From assembly GCF_964355755.1 (NCBI RefSeq), contig NC_092670.1:11022795-11086794 (forward strand): 64,000 bases of DNA. Reading direction: 5' to 3'. The notes under the pieces are model-generated. The model saw only the letters and a list, made by a program, of their open reading frames with translations, did not search any database and was not told where the DNA came from. Within the stretch, counting starts at the first letter, position 1; each line of letters begins with the position of its first letter. Of the stretch, positions 13,060 to 26,876 are shown one piece after another. Both the position numbers and the translations under genes were made by a program. This DNA comes from Antedon mediterranea. Lineage: Eukaryota > Animalia > Echinodermata.

Positions 13060-15200
13060 GTGAGGTCTCTAATTCCTATCATTACATCTGCAGCTTTATC
13101 AGTATTATGAAAACCATTTTTGCCGGCATCCAGTTCTCTTACTAAATGTGGTACTTGGGCCGGTATTATTTCTTGCTCTCATTAATGCCGGCCCGATTGA
13201 AGATTCAAATAATATGTCGACCCACTCTTGGTGAAGTTGTTCCCAGAAACTCTTTACCTATTACGTAGTCCCTTCTGGAAAATTTGAATGAATGGTGTTT
13301 GCTTATTTAAAAATGGCAACAGATATACCAAATCCTTTAAAAATTATAGACAAATTTCTTTCCTTAAAGGACAACTGTACCGAGGACCATATTTTAAAAA
13401 CGTATTAGGGGTATACATATGATTTCAGAACCATCGCGAAATCGAGGATATCGCCGCACGCGCTCGCCGTACAGCCGTCGCCGTAAATTGCTGTGACGTC
13501 ACAGGTGCATCGCATAATCTACTTAATGAGTTTTAGCTGTTGTTACCATACAATAGATAGGTACCGTCACTTCAATTGCTTATTTAACCTTTTAAATTAC
13601 TTAAATTTGCCAAAATGTTTTCCTGGTATTTTGAAGAAACACTTCAATATCCATATAGACAAAACAAACAATAAAACAATTCAACTTTTATATTTTTTAC
13701 GATTTATTTAAAAAGTGTGTTTACTAGAAATGTTCGCGCTTTGCGAGACTTGTCTATGGGACCCGAAGAGTAGCTAGTAGAAACATGACGTATGACGTTC
13801 TGGAATCATTCAACCATATCGGACTCAAAACTTTTTCTCTGCTAGCTAGCGATTTTTGGGCCGTGTGCGAGCTTCCTCCTCCTCGTGTGTGTGACGGTGG
13901 TGTGATCAACATTGTGTAGAGTAGTATAGTAGAGAGAGGGAACTGAAAATGCCGGCGTGTTTTGAGTCCGATATGGTTGAATGATTCCAGAACGTCATAC
14001 GTCATGTTTCTACTAGCTACTCTTCGGGTCCCATAGACAAGTCTCGCAAAGCGCGAACATTTCTAGTAAACACACTTTTTAAATAAATCGTAAAAAATAT
14101 AAAAGTTGAATTGTTTTATTGTTTGTTTTGTCTATCTGGATATTGAAGTGTTTCTTCAAAATACCAGGAAAACATTTTGGCAAATTTAAGTAATTTAAAA
14201 GGTTAAATAAGCAATTGAAGTGACGGTACCTATCTATTGTATGGTAACAACAGCGAAAACTCATTAAGTAGATTATGCGATGCACCTGTGACGTCACAGC
14301 AATTTACGGCGACGGCTGTACGGCGAGCGCGTGCGGCGATATCCTCGATTTCGCGATGGTTCTGAAATCATATGTATACCCCTAATACGTTTTTAAAATA
14401 TGGTCCTCGGTACAGTTGTCCTTTAACTAAATTATGCATTCCCAACTTTATGATTATTTGACAGTTAAGTTAAATATTCTGAATTAATATCATCAATATG
14501 ATATGCAAAGGTCACTCAACTGCTCATGCTGTCTTCTTAATAATAATACTACTTCTATTGAACATAGAGCAATATTAGCGTGAAAGCTCATCTATATTGG
14601 TGTATATATCAAATAATTATTTGATAGAGAAATTTGTTTGATGTAATTAACCATTCTATTTTAAATAAGAAAATGCGAAAATTATGGTATTAAAGGCACT
14701 CCTTTAAGCATTTGCTTCTAGAGTTAGTTGGATGGCAGAAACAATTTGGCTCTATCCAATCATTTAAATCATCGACCGAGGATATCACTTGTGGGTGTCT
14801 CCTCCCCTCAATTTTATTTTTACGTTAATGACCTGACTAATGTCAGTGAGAAGTTTAAGTGATATCCTTCGCCGACGATACTACTATTTTATTCATCTTC
14901 TTGTTGACATTTTATTTAATACTTTTAATTATGAATTGTCTAAATTTAACGACTGGTTTCTTTAAATTCTAAATTCTTTTAAGATTTAGAAGCTCATGAT
15001 GCTCTTGATTGACTAATAGAAATTCCTATGAACTTACACCAATATCAAAGAGAAGCTTAGAAACTGGACGTTGATGAAGTCAATGATGATTTAAGCATTT
15101 CTGACAAACAGATTGCATCAGACCAAAATTGGTACCCACTTTTCATCATGCCTCTCCTCAAATGGTGGCAACTGTCAAGATCTTAGTTAGGCCAGATCCT
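13060..15200 (+). mobile_element. Highly degraded CR1/L2-type reverse transcriptase relic, split by the 13368 element
   Basis: GHSTAHA (~14510), ITCG (~14785), YVNDL (14821), FADDT (14868); boundaries approximate. Confidence 0.7.
13368..14422. mobile_element. Kolobok-type foldback element (1055 bp)
   Basis: TTAA|AGGACAACTG...CAGTTGTCCT|TTAA; 464-bp near-perfect inverted arms (13368-13831 / 13959-14422) with a short spacer. Confidence 0.85.
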
Positions 15201-15573
15201 TTTTATAATTTTTATCAACAACTAAAGGCCAACTCACACACTGCAATTCTTACCTCTTTATAATAGATAGATGGCGCTGTTGGCCTTAACAAAACCACCT
15301 GTTTGTTAAACTTCAGATGTTGCCATGACGTATGCTGTTGGGTATGTATTTTAGACAACAAACATCACAAATGAAAGAACAATAATAATATTACAAACAA
15401 CACATTAAGTTCTTAACTTAACTAATTCTTCTGGTAAAAGTAAAAACTTAAAGTTACTAAATCATTTAAAATGTTGTGTTAAAAAAAGAATCTCTTGCAC
15501 TATTTGCTGTGTCAGTAGTAATTTCCAATATAGATTATCTCTGAATATTTTATACAATTACTACTGTACATAG

Positions 15574-15845
15574 TTAAAGTTCTCCTTTTGGTGCTCTTTT
15601 AACCATCATCAGTGTAATCTTATGGCTGTATTTAGTTCCCTTGAAATGATGCCACAATATATACCGTTGTCATAAGTGGCAGCTGCAATTGTACCTGGTG
15701 TAAGGTAAGGGCCATTCAGGGATAAGTGGTAACAATTTTTAAACCACCAACCAGCTTGGGAGTTTTTGGCACAGTTCTTACTAGACGTTCCATCATTGTC
15801 TCTGTCTTATGTTGAAAACGGTCTGTCCTTATGGTATGCCATAGA
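15574..15845 (-). pseudogene. FReD copy D, pseudogenised terminal exon
   Basis: SMAYHKDRPFST*DRDND..CAKNSQAGWWFKNCYHLSLNGPYLTPGT..; in-frame TAA at 15807-15809, 2-nt frameshift near 15660, splice acceptor lost. Confidence 0.9.
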
Positions 15846-17419
15846 AAAAGAAAGATCAAGTTTGAGACATTTTTTAAGTTTAGGTTTTGTTTCGAACTTG
15901 GGTTTTTAGGTGTTGTTTCACACTCAGGTTTTTTAGACTCTGGTTTGAGTTTTTTTTACACTCTGGTTGGAGCACACCCAGGTTTGAGTGAATGCTTAGT
16001 TTAAAGTATTATTTTAGTATTTTTATTTAATTATTTTGTTTTTATTTCCCTCAAAGCTTTTCCAATTCCTACCACTGAATACATCCCTGATAAAATTAAT
16101 TTGTAATGCCTTCACCTGCATTTCCTGTGTACCCACTAATTCTGAGACCTTGCTTGTCTTGTTTGTTTCCATTTTGTGTTTAGTAGGACCGGTCACACAC
16201 ACGATACAATTAAAATCATTTGCGTTCATTTCATAGTGGGCTTCGTAGCTTCAATATTTAGTTCGTTCCACCATTCTAGTAATGCATGCCATCAGATCTT
16301 GTGTAATGTGTTTAAAAGTGAGTTTAGTTAGAACTGAACATTTAAAATCGTTTTTGTACCTGATTTTTTATTTCCATTTTCTATAGGATAATAAATAAGC
16401 TCTTTCGCAATTTATATTTTATTACATAACTACGATAAAGAACTTTCAAGGTCACTTCATTTTTAAAATTGAAAGAATGGATTTGCAGGCAGTATTTTAG
16501 TTTCCTCCCCTAAATTTAGCCTCAAATTATGCTAGAACGCTGCTGCGTCCGGGGACTTTAGTCCTGACTTTAGATCCTGTCACCACCAGTGCTTGGGTAC
16601 AGTACATGTCTCATGTTCTTTCCCAGCAGTCAATTTCCTTATCATTTAGCTGTGTTTAACCAGTCGTATTTCTAACATTATTTGTATTATCTTTTAAATG
16701 TGATAATTGCAAAGGAAACCCTACACTATGTGGGTATTCATTGATTATTTTCACTACAAGGTACAAAGGGTGTATAAGGCCTTAAAAAAGTTAATTCTTT
16801 GTTTACTTGAAATATGTTTTAAGTGTAAAAATGGATTGAAGATATACTAACCTAGTTAGTTTGTATTAGACTTAGCCTAGACGTTTTAGCCTTGCTGGCC
16901 TAGGATTGTTTGGTCGTTTGTTGACATAAATAACATATTAAAATAGGTGTATTTATAAAATCCATATAAATATAACATTTAATATAATATTATTAAAAAC
17001 CAAATGTTACTGTTTTAATCAATGTGAGTTAAATATAGGCCTTGGCTAGGGCTACCTTTTATTTGATTCAAATGACAGGAAGCTATTTAGATGTTATATA
17101 AAACAAATAATGAATGTTTTATATTCATGTATTTAATTCGTCACTATGAGGAATTATAGGTTATATGCATTGATATAAATAAAGATAGTACAAATAATGG
17201 CATTTGGTGAATGATGAAAGGTTATATATCAACGAGGCAACGCCATTATTTGTACCATTACACTCATAAATTGTCATTACTGTATTTGAATAATAACATT
17301 CGTAATGATCTTCTTATTGTATGATGCTTTGAACCCTAAGTTTTACCTAAATGTTAACTACTAAAACCATGTTAAACGTCTTTAAAATGGCTCGCATTTA
17401 AATTTCTAAATGTCAGTTA

Positions 17420-20400
17420 TAGTACAGGAAAGATATGCTCAGAATCAGTAAAAGGTTGAAAAAATTGCAACAGAATTTTTTTCCCCACAATGCATTTCTA
17501 TAAGGTCCCTATATGAACATACTAAAAGTCTAGAAAAATCCAGGTAGGGGAAATAGGTTTTTTTAAACAAAATGGCCGCCAATGGCGAAAAATGTCTAAA
17601 AATGAACAAAAAACATGTATTTTATATCTAATTACCACTTGATAGCAGTTTTTATAATGCTTTTTATATTTCTTTAGTGTCAAACATTTAAACTGCAATA
17701 TACATATTAATTTAAATGCTATTTAGCAACAAAAACACTCATTTAAGTATCAAGATATCACCACGGTTATAATAATAGACAACGTAGTCCTATGCATTAT
17801 AATGCAGGACTACGGTGTCTAATAAAACAGTTCATTTACATTTGTACTGTCACAACAATAGAATTATACAATCTTAGAATCTATTAATCCATTCATTTTC
17901 ATTGTCCAGTTATCATCCTCTGTCTATAGGTAGGAATTAAGCATGTGCTGATGCCGTGGTATTCGTCACAAACAGTGGTACTGGTGGTAAATTTGTCATC
18001 AATGGACACATCACGCCATTTGTAACTTTCCATCCCCCAGTCTGTGGGTTGAAGAGTACTTTCTATCCACTGCTGTACCACGGTAATATACACACAGGGA
18101 ATGACATTTTGCAGCATTTGTTGTAGGGGGAATAGACTTTATTTCAAGTGTTGTTTTGCTTTTTGCTACTTTCTCCCAGAACGTATTCCTCCTCCATACA
18201 GTATAGCTACCAATGCCAATTCCTCTGATGCGATGGTTTCTTTTTTTCGGAGACGTTTGGTTTTACAGAGTTTCTAAGCATACTACTGCCCAGGTTTTAA
18301 GACTTTTTAAGACTTTTTCCTATACCAAATAGATGGGATGTAGTATCATATCCCTGGATTCCATGTATAAAAAGCAAACTAATTTTTACAGAGCTTCACA
18401 CCAAGGACAGACTTTACATGCATTCACAGTGCTCCCCCATCGAGAACATACAGTATTAAATCAATGAATGAAGCAACCGTGACAGAATATAAATTTAAGA
18501 GGAAAGAACACATGGGTCAAACCAACCATATTCATCAATAAAGAAGCAGTGCACATTCCCTCACATATACTATTTCATCATCTATGTGAGACAGTCATAC
18601 ACAATGCATCATTTGGTCCAAAAAAAAATCTTATACTTTTCCTGCAGCCCTCTTTTACTCCATTGACTCCATACACACTGCTAGACTACTCAGAAACCTT
18701 CATCTCACTGCCCACTGTTTGCTACATCAAACCTCTTGGCCCGAAACAGCAACATTTCAAGACACTTATTATGTACCATGTATGTTTGTTACGTTATGTG
18801 AAGGCAAAGTAAACTATTGTGTTTAATGGCTATAATTATGGGCCGTAAGTAAATTTGGTTTAGGAAAAGGTGTTGGTCTTAAAAATCATCACATCACAGT
18901 AGGAGTTGTATGTCAAATTCTGTAAACCAAACAGTTTCCAAAAAAAAGAAGAAAACATTGCATCAGGAATTTGGCATTGGTACCTTTATATTATGGAGGG
19001 AAGTCAATGGAGACTTTATACAGCCTCTTTTCTTTGAGAAAGTTGCAAAAAGCAAATCTATTCCCTTGCTGCAAAATTTCATTTCGTGAGTCTTTATTAC
19101 CAGGTATAGCAGTGGATAGGAAATACTCTTCAACCCACAGACTAGGGATGGAAAGTATTGATGACAAATTGACTACCAGCACCAGAGAAACTATTAAAGT
19201 TGATTAGATGTACCTATAAAATTGATATTTAGGTAAAGTAAAATATAACTTTTTTTTTTTTTTTTTTTTTTTGATTGCCTGAAAGAGATAAAAAGAGTTA
19301 TAAAATTAAGAATTCTGTGGTAAATTACACGTACATTGTTAAGGATTGAAAAACGTGTAAAGAGTGTATAACATAGAGGAATTTTTTTTTCTTTCCTTAT
19401 ACTATTATATATAAAATGCAATGGTAGGAGTGAGATATCAGTTGTACTGAAAGTTAGTTAATGTCAATTATAATATTGTATTGTATCATTACATTACTCA
19501 TGTGCTCAATGTACTCATTGTAAACGAACATTTTATTGATGAAGAAATAAAAGTGGGTCGATCCTACATAAGACAAAAAAAAGATGTACCTATAAATAAG
19601 GTTGTAGTAAAATGAATTGCCGTTGCAGAAAATATGGTTTGGACTGCTGCTCCACTATTTTTTAAGAATGCCACGGCATCAGCACATGCTCAATTCCCCA
19701 CCAATAGATGGAGGATGAGATACTGACAAGATGAAAGTGGAATTACCGCATTTATTTGAATAAATGCCCTTGGTGGTTGATTTTTAAGGAGGGTAGTGGG
19801 GGCGTGTAATCGTCGTGAGGAGTTTATTCGGAGAGGCGTATATTTTTGTGGGTGTAATGTGGGAAACGTGTATAATCAAATAAATACACCCTTTAGATAT
19901 GAACAAATACAACACCATTCAGTGAATTCTATTACAAATAGAGATGTGTTAAAATACAATATTGTGTATAATATGCATGTGGCGGGGCGTACATTCGAGG
20001 AAATAAATTCAAAATGATGTCCGATGGGAGCGGGGGAGGGGGTGCGGTGGCGTAGGTTATTCAAAATGATGTCCTATGGAGGGGGAGGGGGGCATTTATT
20101 CGATTTTTCTAAATGTAGCGTTTATCCGAATAAATACGGTAATAGATTGTGGCGCAAGGATTTTCCCGATGAGGGGGGGGGGGAGGGGTGGAGAGCGCAG
20201 CCAGCATCAATTGGCTGGGCCATCCATGGGAGCGCACCCAGAGGTTCCGATAATATTATACCGGTAAAGGGTAGTTTTACTCACTTTTAAAAATGAAAAT
20301 CCTTGAAACAGCACTCAATGGGGTATTGTTTTATATTAGGAAATATCATCATATTGTCTACATAAAAAATAGCCAATTGTGGAGAGGGGATGGGGGGACG

Positions 20401-20928
20401 AACAGACTCCCTCACCCTTCCCATTTGATCTCCCATCCCTATACCCCTCCCCACTGGCACCACCAATGTTGTAATATATTGTTATAACAGTACAAATGTG
20501 AATGAACTGATTTATTAATAGACACCGTAATCCTATGTATTAAGCATAGGAAGGACTGCGTTTTATATATTATTATAACAATAGGGATATATCTAGATAC
20601 TTAAACATTTGTTTTTCGGCCATTTTCTAATTAACAGCACTTAAAATAATGTGTTTATTGTAGGTCAGATCTTCGAAATTGTAAAGAAATATATAAACCA
20701 TTGTAAAAACTGTTATAAAGTGGTAATTAGATCTATCATTTATGTTTTTTTGTCCTTTTTTAGGAATTTTCGCCATTGGCGGCCATTTTGTTTAAAAAAA
20801 CCTATTTCCCCTACCTGGATTTTTCTAGACTTTTAGTATGTTCATATAGGGACCTTATAGAAATGCATTGTGGTGAAATAAATTCTGTTGTAATTTTTTC
20901 AACCATATTTCATAGTTTTCCTGTACTA
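17420..20928. mobile_element. Academ-type DNA transposon, decayed
   Basis: TTA|TAGTACAGGAAA...TTTCCTGTACTA|TTA (3-bp TSD, TAG termini), ~430-bp TIRs; transposase relics YVLDGGAL, IVFNGY, QQW...LQPTDWG. Confidence 0.8.
19745..20141. mobile_element. Tc1/mariner-type MITE nested in the Academ element
   Basis: taccgcatttatttgaataaa / tttatccgaataaatacggta inverted ends with TA flanks; related pieces at ~27700, 53530 and 54507. Confidence 0.55.
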
Positions 20929-22450
20929 TTAATAACTTTTATATTAAGTATATCGAGACAATATTACATGTGCAAAAATATCCAGTCGTCAAAGTGTTTG
21001 GCAAATGGTTGGAGAAATTAACAATAAGCAAAATGATCGGTTGGAGAAATGTCCAGTTGGCGAAAGGTCCAACTTTAAGAATAGCTTATAAGAGACTGAA
21101 ATATCATATAGTTCATTGAGGTTATCAATCAAAGTATTGATAGAGGGCGATGTTGCTGTATCAATGCCAATCTTTTTTTTTTTTTATTTAATTAGATTTT
21201 TGAATCCACAATTGAGAAAATATTGACTAGGCCGCCGTTTCGCAACATATGGATCGCGACCCAATGTTTGGGCCATGAGAACAAAATGATGGGTAGAACA
21301 TGGATTTACCTACCAACTGGTTCTACGACGACGCTAGTTTTCTGTAGTTTGCAAAAGCGTATGTAACTTGACTGAAAAACTGTGAACTTTGATGTACCGG
21401 CAGTGGGAACTTTACAGTCCAAATGATGTTATACACTTAGCGATGTTATTCAGGCCCTAGCCAGGGGAACTTTGTATGGTTCGGGAGAACCCCTTGATGT
21501 TAGCATTGAACGCAATTTATGCTGTCCTTAGTCTTGTGTGGTTACCGGTGGAAAATGTATGCTACAATCATTTTGTCAATTGCGAGTGCACTATTATTAT
21601 CATTTCTGGCCAACTAGAGGTGCCCTTTATCATGATTTTTACGTGCGAGATTACCATTTCCAGTCATCTAGGGTTGTCATTTAACAAAATTCGCTTTGCT
21701 ACAGGCCCCACTACATGAAAAATGAAAGTTTTTCTTAAATTTACTTTCACCTTTACCTTGGAAAATACATAAACATTCATCTCGTGTTTGCTTATGATGT
21801 CACTAATTTCTTTGATCAAAACCAATATAATAAGATATATAACACATTCATTGTAAGTTTTTATTTCATTTTTAATCATTTCAAAACAAGATTCAACACA
21901 TCACTTTAAAACTGCAGCAAATATCTACTGAAAATACTCCTAAAATTATACTAATTATCATTAATGAAAATACAAGAAATACTAAAGCTATTGATTTAGG
22001 TATCAATTTTATTTTATTGTTAATTAAAAACAAAGAATAATAATAACGTTACTTTTGAATAAATTTAAAAAATAATAAAATTAATAATTTTATGCAATCA
22101 ATTATTGTAATCAAAAGTTGATATGACTATATTATTTGATATAATATTTAATAAGAATTAATAGCACATGTTCATTGTTACTATTATTATATAACTTAAA
22201 ATGCTAATAATAAAATTAATAATGATATCATAATTTTTAAAAATCACAGTTATTTGATATGAAAATATATTTGCTTTTTAATTTTTTAACACTTGGATTA
22301 AAAATTTAACTAGCTTTTGTTATAATACAATAATTATTTAATGATAAAGCTAAAATAAATAATAGCTAAAAGAAACAAAAGATGAACTAAATATTATTCT
22401 TAAATGTAATAATTCATAAGTAATATTTAATGATTACAGATTCTGATTTG

Positions 22451-22692
22451 TTATGGTGCTCTCTTAACCATCATCACTGTCATTTTTAAACTGATATAAT
22501 TTCGTGACCAGGAAATTCCTTTGCTATCATCTGTACCTGGTGTAAGGTAAAGCCCATTCAGGTTGGAATAATAACAGTTATTGTACCACCAACCACCTTT
22601 CCAATGCTCAGCACAGTTACTACTGCTTCTCTTATCATTGTCTCTATCATACGTTGTAAATTGTTGACCATTGTGGTATGTCAAATTATCAC
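22451..22692 (-). CDS. FReD copy B, intact orphan terminal exon
   Basis: Same acceptor as copies A and C (ttgtttgtttAG), phase 1; GDNLTYHNGQQFTT..CAEHWKGGWWYNNCYYSNLNG..MMVKRAP*; no upstream FReD exon seen before 33405. Confidence 0.8.
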
Positions 22693-25013
22693 CTAAACAA
22701 ACAAATTATTAGATCATCTTCAGTTTACTAATCAATCTTACTAATTAAAATTCATTTAAAAAAATAGTTTTCTTGGTATTATAAAATACAAGATATTTGA
22801 TATAAAAAGGGAAAATAATAATTATACAATATACCCATATTTCATCATTTATTTTATAATTGATTTAAATTTATCTGTAAAATTGTATGCCATAAATTAA
22901 ATCATAACACAATTATATAAAATGAACTTGTTATTAACTATTCTTATATCATAGTCTATTTTAATATTATTTTATTTTATATATTTTGTTTGTCATAGAG
23001 TTAATATACTTTAAAAGCAATGCATTTCAATAATGAAGAAAACATAAGTTACTGTATATGATACTGTACTACAGTATATACATTTTTTAAGTTTCAATTT
23101 CTTTAACTCTATTTTATGTACCAGATTTATCTATATTTATTTTTAAATCAGAGTGGTCCTTAGTTTTTATGACTGGCTCCTTTTTAGGGACCACTGACTA
23201 ATCCTATTGAATTAGAATAGGTGATGAATGCAAAAACAAAATAACTTTAATGTGCGAGTAGACTATGTTATTGTAAGGTACAAGGAGTTTCATCCCGCAC
23301 ACCCCCTCATTTTTTTCCAAAATATCAATAAAATAATTCTGTAGTTACTGCAGTAATTATATTTTGTTCACTCTTTAACTTGTTTGTGCAATTATTTAGC
23401 AAGCTTGTTTGGATATTAATCATACACATATTGTTGCCTCGACTGCCTCATAAATGCCTACTATATTAAAACAAACTAAAATCAGTAAATGTAGTTACTG
23501 CAGTAAATGCAGTATAATAATTTTAAAATTATACCTATTGAATGTCCTTTGACCTTGTGAGTTGTTGCATTACAGAATAGAAGTTGTTGTTGTACTGTGA
23601 GTGCATTTGAACATTTTAATATAGTTAGATTTGTTTCAGGCCTATAAGAAGGAATTGCGAAGTGGGAGGGCCATCCAAAAATTTACTTTATAGAGTGTTT
23701 AGAGAGTACTTTGCATTCACCTTTGGTCTTTACATTATATGTGAGACGCGGATAATCAAAAAGTATCAAATGATTAGTATTTGTTGTTTAAACTTTTAAG
23801 TATTGTGGTCTAATTATGACATGACTGGTGAAAACATGGGGCTGCCAGTGTCACAAAGGCGTAGAATTATTTTTGCATGAGATTCACGTCAATATCATTA
23901 TTAGAATGGTTTTGTTAATTTTTTCAGATGTTTTTAGAAGCTTTTCTTTAATGTTTGTCCAATTTCTTTAAGCTTTAGTATGTTGCATAATAATGCCATT
24001 ATTTTTAGTCCTACTGTATGGGCCGGCCTTGGCTATAATACCGGATGTTTATAATGTGGCGGCTTGTCAAGAAAAGCGGTCATCTACGCTTTAATATTGA
24101 CCTTTGTATACAAAAAATATCGTAATTTAAGCTACATTAAGCCTAGAATAAAATTATCAAAAGACGAAAACGTCAAGTTATTCACGAAAAATTCTGTACC
24201 CGAAAATAACGCCATTTACAGTATTCATTTGAAATCAGTTTCTTTTATTTGTAACCTAAATAATTTCCAAATATTTTGCTCAAATTCAATTTCCGTATTT
24301 TTACTTGATATTTTTTACAATACATGATTTGCAAATAGAAAAATAAATAAACAAAATACTGTTCCCATAGCTACCATGACAAACTTGGCTAAAGAGTTTC
24401 ATTGGTAGGAAAACAGTAACAAGTGAACATTTACCAATTTAATTTAATACTATTACATTTTAACATGTGTTAAAATTTATTTTGCATGCTATGCTATAGT
24501 ACCCTAAAATTAAGCAACCTTGGTGGTGCCAGGTGGGTGACTACGTTGGGAAGCCTAGCTCCCTCATCAGAGAATGCGAGTACTTTTTGTCAGGGAATAT
24601 AATAAACAGTTAAGAAATAGAAAAAGTTTACCAAGACTCCATGAACATACTGTCACATAGGGTCCTACTAAACACCAATGAGCACACTATCTATATATAA
24701 ATTATGGTTAATTCTGACATAGGCGAGCACAATGCAAAAACTTCTCTACAAATCTCCGCCTTGGATACCTACCTTATCTATCCGAGATGTACCGCAAAAC
24801 GTAGATTTGATAACATTAGTGTGCACGCCGACGCTATTATTTCATTTTTGTCTTTTGCAACGACAAAATTTAGCGTTACCTATCGAAATTTGTGGATATC
24901 ACAGGGTTATTTTCACACACTCGCGCTGTTGTTCAGCTGGCTTCCGGGGGGTCCGTCACTTCCGGCAAAATGGCCGTTGGTGGCGCCATTCGATAGATAA
25001 CACTATATTTGAT

Positions 25014-25930
25014 TAAATACAAAAATATTTTAGTGGTTCAACGTATCGTGAACTACTGAAATTAGATTCTATTTATTAATCATTTAATCAAATGTAGGTG
25101 CGATTCAATTTTACTATAGGAGGCCTGTTCTATTTATTAATCATTTAATCAAATTTAGGTGCGATTCAATGTTACTATAGGAGGCCTGGTAGGCCTACCA
25201 GGGAAACACCTTTACTGTTTATATTATCGATTATTTCTGTTGCTTGCTCTATTTATAATAATTATAAATGGTGTGTACTACGACCAATATAGGCCATTCG
25301 ATATTAAATACAAAAATATGTTCAACGTATCGTGAACTACTGAAATTAGATTCTATTTATTAATCATTTATAATCAAATTTAGGTGCGATTCAATGTTAC
25401 TATAGGAGGCCTGGTAGGCCTACCAGGGAAACACCTTTACTGTTTATATTATCGATTATTTCTGTTGCTTGCTTTATTTCAATATAGGCCATTCGATATT
25501 AAATACAAAAATATGTTCAACGTATCGTGAACTACTGAAATTAGATTCTATTTATTAATCATTTATAATCAAATTTAGGTGCGATTCAATGTTACTATAG
25601 GAGGCCTGGTAGGCCTACCAGGGAAACACCTTTACTGTTTATATTATCGATTATTTCTGTTGCTTGCTCTATTTATAATAATTATAAATGGTGTGTACTA
25701 CGACCAATATAGGCCATTCGATATTAAATACAAAAATATGTTCAACGTATCGTGAACTACTGAAATTAGATTCTATTTATTAATCATTTATAATCAAATT
25801 TAGGTGCGATTCAATGTTACTATAGGAGGCCTGGTAGGCCTACCAGGGAAACACCTTTACTGTTTATATTATCGATTATTTCTGTTGCTTGCTTTATTTA
25901 TAATAATTGTAAACGGTGAGTACTACGACC
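25014..25930. repeat. Tandem array of ~195-285 bp units (420-bp higher period)
   Basis: gttcaacgtatcgtgaactac recurs at ~25036, 25320, 25515 and 25740. Confidence 0.9.
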
Positions 25931-25999
25931 GATATATAAGTAGGCTACGACAGTTGTTATTTGATAATTTGTGATATAAATGTTAAAGCACCGCTGACT

Positions 26000-26876
26000 G
26001 TCACCCACTTTGATAAACTATGCCTTTGGTCTCTTGGTACGGTCACGTTAGAGACTGTTTTAGTGATTGATGACCCCTATTAACGGTTTCCTCCTGTGTC
26101 TATTCGTTCAGATAATATAAATAATAATATAATATATTATACATATGGGCCTACTGTTCTTTAAAATTATATTATTTGCATTAATACCAATTGTTGTAAA
26201 GTTTTTACATCATTACATTATAATTAATGTATATTATTTTTAATTACATCTATTGAGTGACTTTTTTTCCCTTTACTTTCCTATACCACCGATTGCTGTC
26301 AAGTGTCCATACATCAACACTGACAGGGGACAGTCACCCACTTTGATAAACTATGCCTTTGGTCTCTTGGTACGGTCACGTTAGAGACTGTTTCAGTGAT
26401 TGATGACCCCTATTAACGGTTTCCTCCTGTGTCTATTCGTTCAGATAATATAAATAATAATATAATATATTATACATATAGGCCTACTGTTCTTTACAAT
26501 TATATTATTTGCATTAATACCAATTGTTGTAAAGTTTTTACATCATTACATTATAATTAATGTATATTATTTTTAATTACATCTATTGAGTGACTTTTTT
26601 CCCCTTTACTTTCTTATACCACCGATTGCTGTCAAGTGTCCATACATCAACACTGACAGGGGACAGTCACCCACTTTGATAAACTATGCCTTTGGTCTCT
26701 TGGTACGGTCACGTTAGAGACTGTTTCAGTGATTGATGACCCCTATTAACGGTTTCCTCCTGTGTCTATTCGTTCAGATAATATATATAATAATATAATA
26801 TATTATACATATAGGCCTACTGTTCTTTACAATTATATTATTTGCATTAATACCAATTGTTGTAAAGTTTTTACAG
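26000..26876. repeat. 333-bp tandem repeat, ~2.6 copies
   Basis: gtcacccactttgataaac at 26000, 26333 and 26666. Confidence 0.92.

Noticed and set aside
13493-14297. Twin 72-aa ORFs on opposite strands
   Set aside because: By-product of the palindromic element arms; no protein-like features.
24704-25016. Overlapping 94-98 aa ORFs (repeated at 26926)
   Set aside because: Lie in the Helitron 5' end; no Rep/helicase or other motifs.
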